Assembly: GCF_036971445.1 (NCBI RefSeq)
Contig: NC_091474.1
Span: forward strand, 41,540,001 to 41,604,000
Reading direction: 5' to 3'
DNA: 64,000 nt
Origin: Narcine bancroftii
Taxonomy: Eukaryota
Numbering within the stretch: position 1 is the stretch's first letter; each line of letters opens with the position of its first letter. The position numbers and the translations under genes are program-made. The notes beneath the pieces were generated by a model. It did no database searches and was not told where the DNA came from. It worked only from the letters and a program-made list of their open reading frames with translations. Positions 54,936-64,000 of this stretch are shown in pieces.

Positions 54936-55547
54936 TTGACAAAGTTTGTTGGAGGAAAGCATGAATAACAGATGATGTAAAGAATCTGATTTAATCTGAA
55001 TTCAAAGATTCATTGCAATTGGCTCCATCTGGATTGTGACTTGGAAAGTACTATGATTTGTGGCCTTCCATTTGGTTGAGTTTCTTTTAATCCAATTTTT
55101 ATTTGGGTTTGATACCGATGTATGAATTTTTCACCATGTTGACTGTTTGAAAACGGTATTTAAAAAATACTAGTCTTTTTCAAAACCAACATTTTCAGAA
55201 TTCATCAATTTGCTGTTCTCTTTTTGCATTGGCACCTTCCTTTGTTTGTTTGCAAGTCTCTGATCTGTGCAGATGTGAAAGTTCCAGTGCCTGGTCCACA
55301 ATCTTGGATAATAGCAATGTTTTTATTTTTTAAAAATTGTTCTGAGTGTTTTATTGGTACTTCTAATGATGAGCTATGCCAAATAGTGATCAGTAATAAG
55401 AAAATCCCTGTTAAATTATTTGTAATGATTTGATAGAACTAACAAAAGGCTGTTATTTTGAACTATAGAAAGCAACTTGGACTCATTGTGGGTAAATCTA
55501 TCTTCAGAACCTACTTTATTCTGCCTCCTTGTTCCTAGTTTAAATTT

Positions 55548-55790
55548 AAATTAAATTAGACATACAGCACTAAAACAGGCCAAGTCTGTGCCAAATTACA
55601 CCCCATTAACCTGCACCCTGCTACTTTTTTGAAGGGTGGGAGGAAAGTGGAACCACTGGAGAAAACCCACGCAGACACGGGGAGAACATACAAAATCCTT
55701 ACAGACAGCGTGGGATTCAAACCAAGATCCGGTCCTGATCGCTGGTGCTGTAAAGATTTTGCGCTAACTGCTATGCAAACCGTGCTGCCC
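55548..55790 (-). mobile_element. HE1/V-SINE (tRNA-derived)
   Basis: V-domain core tgtatgttctccccgtgtctgcgtgggtttt...cctcccac on the minus strand. Confidence 0.85.
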
Positions 55791-55878
55791 TTAGCTTCCC
55801 CCATTTCTTTCTTCTGAGGAGTAAAGCTACATCAGTGTACTAGGACAGATTTGAGCTCAGGTGAAATCAATATTGAAT

Positions 55879-56410
55879 TGTATATACCAATGTAAAAGTC
55901 TATCTCTGTAAAAGTCGACCCTTATTTTTGGCCAAAGAAATCCAGAATTTCTGGATTTCTGTCCTAACGCCGATCTTAGTTTCTCACCTTGGCCCAGCAG
56001 CCCGCAGGCCGGAGCTCCTACGTCTTGGTTTCGAACTTATGCCTTGGCTCCGGCCACCCCACCCATTGGAGCTCCTGACGTGTTTAACATGGTCTCTTGC
56101 CTTTGTGCTGGCTGTCCACCCATCGGAGCACCCAACGTCTCAAACGTTGATTCTCGCCTCGCCCCGGTCTCAACCTCCCACGTGGTAGGACTTGTATTTT
56201 GATGTGCAGATTTTGTATTATAACTTTAATTCATTGTGTTTTTGTTCTTTATTTATTTAGAGATCATTTGGACTTCTCCTACTGATATGCTATTTTGGAT
56301 TCTAGTGTGAATTTCAGCCCCTCAAAAGTAATATCCATGCAATAGTTGACCCTATGAATTTAACATTAAAAATACGATCCACAGAATTAGACTTTTACAC
56401 ATGTACATGG
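55879..56410. mobile_element. MITE-like element (Tc1/mariner/pogo-like termini)
   Basis: Perfect 12-bp inverted repeat tgtaaaagtcta (55891-55902) / tagacttttaca (56388-56399) with AAGTCGACCC-like subterminal repeats. Confidence 0.5.
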
Positions 56411-56873
56411 GACTTTTTAAAAATTATTTTAGATAACTTGAGAATGAAGCAGTCAGAACTAGCCTTTGTCTGCTGGAATAAAAGTAATTCTAAATTTATG
56501 TAGCATTTTATTTCTCTTTCCAAAACTGCAAAAATGCCCCCCAAAAAAGTATTTTGTTAAAATCTTTCTGTGATGTAGTGATAGATTTTAAAATCCCCCA
56601 TTTCCATTGAACTCAACAGAAATCTACTGATTGCCTATTCAGTTTCTTTGCAAAGTGGCATTTAAATTTGGCAAGGGCTACATCTGAATATTGACAGTTA
56701 GTACTATCAGGTTATCAGAAGCCTGTGCATCTGATAAGTAACATTTATCGTGATAATAAGCAATGAATCTGCTCATTGACTTTCCTTTACCTCCATCAGA
56801 TAATACCATAATTCTCACAATAAAAAATAATTCAAAAATAAATGTTCAGTTCTTGGTGGCAGTTCAAGAATAA

Positions 56874-57075
56874 GGCAGCACGTTTAGTGAAATGCTCTTA
56901 CAGCACCAGTAACCCATGCTGAATCCAGCCGGGGCTGTCTGTTCCTTCTCCCCATGTTCTTGTGGCTTTCCTCTCATCCTCCAAAAACATATGGGGTTTG
57001 TAAGTTGGTGTATTTGGGCAGCATTAGCTTGTGGGCCAGAAGGGGCTGTTACCATATTGCATCTCTAAATTAAAA
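56874..57075 (+). mobile_element. HE1/V-SINE, degraded
   Basis: ggcagcac...ttacagcaccag head, ttctccccatg core and gggccagaaggggctgttacc tail. Confidence 0.7.
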
Positions 57076-59199
57076 ATGAAATGAAAAAGTCTGAACATTG
57101 TGAAATCTTGAATTTTAATGCTGGTAGTCGAAAAGCTGGTACCATGCAGACATGAATTAATTGGGATCTAAATGGTCATGTCTGTTCAATTTTTAATAGA
57201 AAGATTTAATTTCTGATTTGTGAATGCTTATAACTAGCACCCTTGGTTTCTTCTTGCTGTCCTGTTACCCTGTTGATTTCCTCTGCCACTCCTCATCTTG
57301 GACATTTGCAATAGTCAACACATAACGCCATCTTTGAGGATTGAGACCTAAAAAAACAAGATTCCTGACAGTTGACAAGTAGATTTTGGCAAACAAGAAC
57401 AATTTGGGAGTTCACTTGGATGCAGAAGTATTCCTTTTTTTTAAAACAAAGATTAAGTAATAAATAGCAGATGTTGGTCATTTGGTGACTCAGGCACTGC
57501 TTTTTCTGCAGGAACGTGGCTGATCTTTGGCCTCCCCTCTACATTCCAGCCTGATTTCCCCCATACCCTTTGATTATTCTATCCAAAAAAAAATTGTCCT
57601 AAATATACTATAATCGTTTAATTCAATTTAATAGTTCTTTGCGCTAGAGGAGCTCAGAGAGTCATAACTGACTCATTTCTAAGGCTGTCCCTCATTGGTT
57701 TGGACCCCACAACCCAGTCCAGCAGTTACACCATCATGCTCAGTGAGAATCCAAATCACTTCTAATTATGCCGTATCCCAAGCAGAATGAACCTAGGCTC
57801 GCTCGTTTTTTTTTCCCATATAAAACAACTGCCACATTACTGACAAAACAAAAGACAACAAAAGGAATCAGCAGGTGAAAAAGCATCTGTGGAGGCAAAA
57901 GGTGTATGTCAAAATTTTGGATGGAGGTCCTGTATGGGACTGAGAAGGAAGAGAAAGGATTGCCAGTGTATAGTAGTAGTAGTAGGAGGGAGGGATGGGA
58001 TAGTGATGGAGAAACAGATGAAGGGTGGGGGAGAGGATGGTGAAAGGTGAACAAAGGGAGAGGAAACCTAGCTGGACAGGTGAGTGTGGGTTTATTTTTG
58101 GCAACTGGGGTCTCTTGTCTTTGAGCTTTCATAGTGTTTAAAATTAAACTTAAGAAAATATATCCTTCTTTAACTGAGATCAAAATCATAGATTGCAAGG
58201 CAATTTCTCAAATAAAAACCGGCAGCTCTGTTAAGAGCTGCTGTAACAGTAGCGCTGCTGCTGGTGGGGACTGGGTAGAACGGAGACACAGCACTTCGCT
58301 AAAGGGCCCTACAGCCCAGTCTTACTGCTGTTGGCTCTGTACAGGCTTTAAAAGGCCTGTTAAAAGACCTGATGGTGTTTTATTAGAAGTCCTGCAACTC
58401 TGCCTGAGATGACAGTGCCTGTGTTTGGCAGTGGCCACAGGGGTTAAAGACTCCGAGGGAACAGCAGACTGGCGCAGGGAACCAGTAACAGGGAGAACAT
58501 TCCTGTTGAGAAGCAGAGGAGATGGCCCCAAGGACGATGATTATGATGGCGGACCAGGTCTGCAGCTGAAGGACACATACAGGTGGCAAGCTGTTGGTGA
58601 CTGGAGTTCAAACGACTCACTCCAAGCCATGTGCTGCAGGGAACTGATTCGTGAGAACCAGGTAATGGAACCAAGATTTGAGAGAGTGTGAGGATAAGAA
58701 AGGTTCTTGGTTGTGTCAGGTTGCTGATGGTTTGAACTGAAAACTGGAGTCTTGTGTGGCTGCAAAAACCATAGGAGTACGGGAGGCAAATCCATAGACA
58801 CTTAAGTGACTCTGAGGGATCTCTCTTTTGTTTCTCTTGCTCTGACTGCAGGGGTGGGGGAGGGGAGGTGCCAAGCAATGCTAATGGTGAATCTTTGTTT
58901 GCCGTATGCAGTCCAAAGGCAGTTTTGTGTTGCATTTTTTTTTACTATATGGCAATAAATAGTATTTTATCTTTCCACAGATAATGCCTGACCTGCTGAA
59001 CGATGCCAGGATTTTTTTTATTCCCATTTCAGATTTCCAACATTCACAGCTTTCAGGTTTTCATTTACTAAATACAATAACCCTTTTATATATCCAGTAT
59101 ATTATTGATCAACAATCATAGTTCGCCAAAGCAATTTCAGTACAGTCAACTTATATTCTACAAATTTCACAGTTGCATCCTGAATATTTTAGTTCAAGT

Positions 59200-59990
59200 T
59201 TGTTATCATCTGACTATAAAGGAAGGGGATGAGTCTGCATTCAGGATGGAGATTGAAAACTTGGCTGAATGGTGCACCATCAACAACCTTGCACTTAATG
59301 TCACCAAAACTAAGAAGCTGATTGTTGACTTCAAGAAAGGAAAGCCAGTGATAATTGGAGGATCAGAGGTACAGAGGGTGAGCAAATTTAGGTTCTTGGG
59401 AGTCAGTATCTCTGAGGATGTTTCCTGGACTCACCACACCAATGGCATCATGAAGACAGCACGTTAGTGCCTCTACTTCCTCAGGAGTTGCAGAGGTTTG
59501 GTATGACATCAGAAACTCTGGCAACTTTCTAGTGGTGTGGCAGAAAGTGTGCTCACCAGCTGAATCACGGTCTGGTTTGGGAAAACCAATACCCCTGAGC
59601 TGCCATTGGAGGGCAGCAGCAAAATCATCAAAGACCCACACCACCCAGCATATGCTCTGTTCTCATTGCTGCCTTCAGGAAAGAGGTATAGGTCCACAAG
59701 ACTCGCACCACCAGGTTCAGGAACAGCTGCTACCCTCTACCATCCGAGTCCTCAATGACAATCTCAATCAGGGACACATTTAAGGACTCTTACTTGTGCA
59801 CTTGATTGATTTTCTTTTGTTCGCTCTGCATTGTACAGTCAGTTTGTTTACATTTATTATGTTTACAGTTCTTTTGTTTACGCTGTGTTTGGTTTATTTT
59901 TTTCACCACTAATTAGGGGTAATTTTGCCATGCCCGCATGAACAAGGAATCTCAGGGCTGTATGTGATGTCATGATAATAAATTTGAAAT
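59200..59990 (+). mobile_element. Rex1/Babar-type LINE 3' part
   Basis: WCTINNLALNVTKTKKLIVDF...FRFLGVSISED motifs. Confidence 0.8.
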
Positions 59991-60349
59991 CTACATATAC
60001 CAGACGAAATAACATTTCTCTGGACCACAGTGCACATACATACTAAATCATCACACTTACTTATTTTAAATTGTATCTTTATGTATACAAATAGTTTGGG
60101 ATGATTTTCTTCATCAGTCTCAGAACCTGTGGGAAGAAGCTATTTCCCAGCCTGGCAGACCTAATTTTGATGCTCCTGTACCTCCTTCCAGCTGATAGTG
60201 GGTCAAATAAGTTTAACTATTCTGTCATAATGTTAAAAAATGTGATGGAACATTACGCATAGTACAGGCCCTCTGTTTCTTGTACATCCATATGGGCTTC
60301 TAAGGGTCTTTTAAATGTCCTTATTTTAACCAGACTCCACCACCACCCT

Positions 60350-60748
60350 GACCTCCCAGTAGCCAACCATTTTAATTCCACACACCCACACTCACATGTC
60401 TGTCCATGGCCTGTTGCACTATCCTACCCGCAAATTGGAGGAACAGCATCTTATTTTCCGTCTGGGCACACTCCAGCCAGATGGCATTACTGCCTTACAC
60501 TAAACCTGTTCGCCCTTTCTTTTTCCCTCCCACTTTCCTGTTTTTTCATTTCTTCCACCCATTCCTCCTCCCCTCATCGCTGCTGTCCCCTCCCTCCCTT
60601 CTCCTGCCTTTGCCTCCCCCCAACTCTTTTGTTTGGACGCCTGCCAGCATTTTTTCCATACAATGATGATAGGCTCAAGCCCGAAACGTCAGTGATGTGT
60701 CTTTACTGTTTGACCTGCTGAGTTTGTCCAGCAGTTTTACTTCAACTA
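60350..60748 (+). mobile_element. Penelope-like element 3' part
   Basis: LPVANHFNS and KLEEQHLIFRLGTLQPDG motifs, followed by the terminal repeat. Confidence 0.75.
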
Positions 60749-61298
60749 CTCCGCTCCATCCTCAACATTCATTGGAGCGCTTTCATCCCTAACATCGAAG
60801 TACTCGAGATGGCAGAGGTCGACAGCATCGAGTCCACGCTGCTGAAGATCCAGCTGCGCTGGGTGGGTCACGTCTCCAGAATGGAGGACCATCGCCTTCC
60901 CAAGATCGTGTTATATGGCGAGCTCTCCACTGGCCACCGTGACAGAAGTGCACCAAAGAAAAGGTACAAGGACTGCCTAAAGAAATCTCTTGGTGCCTGC
61001 CACATTGACCACATTGACCAGTGGGCTGATATCGCCTCAAACCGTGCATCTTGGCGCCTCACAGTTTGGCGGGCAGCAACCTCCTTTGAAGAAGACCGCA
61101 GAGCCCACCTCACTGACAAAAGGCAAAGGAGGAAAAACCCAACACCCAACCCCAACCAACCAATTTTCCCCTGCAGCCGCTGCAACCGTGTCTGCCTGTC
61201 CCGCATCGGACTTGTCAGCCACAAACGAGCCTGCAGCTGACGTGGACTTTTACCCCCTCCATAAATCTTCGTCCGCGAAGCCAAGCCAAAGAAAGAAA
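60749..61298 (+). mobile_element. RTE LINE 3' fragment
   Basis: ORF 60809..61240 (LRWVGHVSRMEDHRLPKIVLYGEL...CSRCNRVCLSRIGLVSH); (GAAA)n tail. Confidence 0.92.
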
Positions 61299-61895
61299 GT
61301 GTCTACAAATTTTTGTGATTTACTTTGTTCCTTTGCTACCCCCGGCAATGCATTACAGTGTAAAAAAAATCCGTGACCCTGACATCTCTCCCAAACTCTT
61401 CTCCCTCATCTTGCACAGATGTCCTCTGGTGTTTGCTCCCCCCGGTCCAAGCCCTTCATAGAACTCTATGAAGTGGCCTCTCATCCTTCTCCGCCCCAAA
61501 GGGAAAAGCCCTCGCAGGTTCTTCCTGCCTCAGCCGTGGATGGGAGCGAGCAGAGTGAGGGCCTCCCTCCGAGGAGCAGAGCCCACTCCCGTCGGCCATC
61601 CCGGCCCGGAACCTTTGTGCGAGCAGCAGTCGCGCCGGCCGGGTGTTGGCGGCGGACACATTCCCCTCACGTGAGGGAGCCGGCGCCACGATGGACCTAA
61701 TTCCCACGATCGGAGAGGAGGACGAGGTTCTGGATGGAGAGGAGGAGGAGGAGACGGGGTCTGAGGAGGAGGTGAGGGGCCGAGCGCTGGGTGGGGGGGG
61801 AATGGGCTGAGCATTGGGCCACCTGGAGATGGGGCCAGCGGCTCCTCATCGGTGGCCACACGAACCAGTCCCGCGGAATTAACGTCGAGGAGAGC

Positions 61896-62097
61896 TCATA
61901 AGGGGAATTTGTCGGGAGACGAGGTTGTCAAAGGACCAGCTCGCTCTTCCTGGCACATAGAATCTCTTCTGGGGGTCCAACCACCCCCGGCCGCCCGCCC
62001 CCGTAACCGAAGACTGAGGCGATAGCAGAGGGCCAGAGCAGCACTGAATAATTGCACCAGATACGTGGGAAACACATGGGAAACTCGATGCTGGTAA
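61896..62097 (-). CDS. Candidate terminal coding exon of an unidentified gene (YQHRVSHVFPTYLVQLFSAALALCYRLSLRLRG...DKFPL*)
   Basis: Unique GC-rich sequence; acceptor tcattttgctttag ending at 62098; open frame with a hydrophobic segment to TGA; GC-rich non-repeat sequence follows like a 3'UTR. I did not recognise the protein. Confidence 0.4.
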
Positions 62098-62289
62098 CTA
62101 AAGCAAAATGAGCCCTCATCGCCCCACATCAGATCACCCCATCTTCACCACTCTTCTTCCTCCTGGATAAACCCCTTCCCCTTTTTGGATCTTTTACCCC
62201 CTCATATCCAGTTTCGATTGCTGTTGAGACATCAACTACCTCGACTTTTCTCACCCTGCCCCCCTCTCGCCTTACCCAGTTCCTGCTGG

Positions 62290-62986
62290 CTCTGCTCTGT
62301 ACCATCCAGGGACCTGCAGAGCACTTTCAGGTGAGGCAAAGATTTACCTCCTCCAACTTAACTAACTGCATTTAGAGTTCCCGAGTTGGCCTTCTCTACC
62401 TTAGTGAGGTCAGATGCAGACTTGCTCTGTTTTCAATGGCCAGCCCAAACTCTAATGTAGGTCATTTTAAACCCCTTTCTCATTTCCACACTGATCTGGC
62501 CATGTTGGGGCTCTTCCATTGCCAGAGGGAGGCCCAGTGCAAGCTAGAGGAACAACACCTTGTATTCTGCTTGGACAGTCTATAGCCCAATGGTATGAAC
62601 ACTGAATTTTCCAAATTCAGGTAACGAGATTGATCCATTTCTGTTCTTCTACCCTAAGCCCCCATTTTTGTTTTTCTTCACTTGTGAATATGGAGGAATC
62701 ACATACTGCATCTGATGCAGCCTCAAGGTTGGGGAGTCTGGACACAGACTTGGAGATTACTGCATTGAGCACCTTGAGTCTGTCCGCTGCAACAGGAAGG
62801 GCCTCCCGGTGGCTAACTGCTTCAATTCCACACACCTTTGCCACACTAACATGTCTGTTTGTGGTATCACGTAGTTCCAAATTGAGGCCACCCGCAAACT
62901 GGTAGAACAACACCTTGTATTCTGTTTGGCAGTCTCCAGCCAGACAGCATTAATAGCAACCATCAATGTCTGTTAATCCTTTCCCT

Positions 62987-63026
<40 letters not shown>

Positions 63027-63240
63027 CCCCTCCCCCCCCCCCCCCCCCCCCCATCCCCACTCCCTCTGGCTCCCTTCTCCAGCTCCACACCCCCTTCCCT
63101 TTGTTCTATCAGGGAACTAAATTAGCCCTCTGCCCTCTTCCTCCTATCAGATTTTTTCTCTACTACTCTCCCCCCTCTATTCACTTACCTGTTAGCCTGT
63201 GTTCCTTCCCCACCTGATCTTTGGCTCTCCTGAAATATCA
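62290..63240 (+). mobile_element. Two degraded Penelope-like fragments with a (CT)n/poly-C tract
   Basis: aagctagaggaacaacaccttgtattctg and aaactggtagaacaacaccttgtattctg repeats. Confidence 0.65.
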
Positions 63241-63414
63241 GGTGGCTTTTGTTTGCTTTAGATGCTTGATTGTGAACTGCACTAGTCCATCATATGCAGA
63301 TTTTCTTCTTTACCTCCATTCCCACATACCCTCACCCATATTCCTTCTCCCTCTCTGGCCCCATCCAACCAGAGAGTAGTGAACCTCCTGAAATTTGCTA
63401 CCACGGCCAGCTGT

Positions 63415-64000
63415 GAAGGCTAATTTGTTTGGAGTATTTAAGGCAGAGATTAATAGGTATCTAACTAGTTAAGGTATCAAAAGTTATGGGGAGAAGGCAG
63501 GGGAGTGCGGCTGAGTGGGAGAATGGATCAGATGATGATGGAACAGTGAAGCAGACTTGAAGAGCCAAATGGCCTAATTTTGCTCGTGTATCTTACAATA
63601 TTATGATCCTCTTCCTTCCATGTTTCTTCATCAAGATTCCTCTCCCCCTTCAGTCTATCTGGACCAATTCTCCCCTCATAATTACAGGGAATTATGTATC
63701 TATATTCCCTGATCCCTATGTTCCACTACACTCCTTAGTGTCTTTGCCATCTACCATACCCGTCTTACTTTGGTTTGTCCTTCCAAAATGAAACATTTAA
63801 TTCTAACTGCCATTTCACAGTCTATTTTTCCAGCTGGTGCAGATCCTTTGAAAACCTTCCTTGCTATCCACTACACCTCCAATCTTTGTGTCATTACAAA
63901 TATGCTGATCCAATTTACCATATTATCATCTTCTGGATCATTGATATAGATGACAAACAACAATGGACTCAGCACCGATCCCTGAGGAACACCACTAGTC
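63415..64000. mobile_element. CR1 fragments (plus-strand 3' end 63415-63600; minus-strand RT fragment 63720-64000)
   Basis: CR1 3'UTR-like sequence; antisense of SGVPQGSVL at the window end. Confidence 0.65.

Noticed and set aside
55700-55790. tRNA-like A/B boxes
   Set aside because: Degenerate head of a tRNA-derived SINE; no cloverleaf.

Overview
Eukaryotic, repeat-rich genomic DNA, most likely from a cartilaginous fish (shark or ray). That is inferred from HE1/V-SINE-type SINEs, HER1-like CR1 LINEs and an abundant Penelope-like family. Two complete spliced protein-coding genes lie head-to-head about 14 kb apart. The first is a 4-exon beta-tubulin on the minus strand (CDS 27599->20528, 446 aa, class-II-like tail but unusual lateral-contact and taxane-pocket residues). 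The second is the 5-exon PDRG1 on the plus strand (41667->54935, 140 aa). A CpG-island promoter and probable non-coding first exon of an unidentified minus-strand gene sit near 7.0-7.25 kb, next to a GC-rich minisatellite. A probable terminal coding exon of another unidentified minus-strand gene lies at 61.9-62.1 kb. Most of the remainder is mobile DNA: L1, RTE, CR1 and Rex1/Babar LINEs, Penelope-like fold-back elements with hammerhead-ribozyme-like motifs, Gypsy remnants, solo LTRs, SINEs and MITEs. I do not see a clearly new biological system. The most notable items are a three-layer nested insertion containing a twin-primed RTE, reciprocal L1/RTE nesting, a chimeric L1 ORF1, Penelope hairpins with ribozyme-like motifs, and the divergent tubulin.
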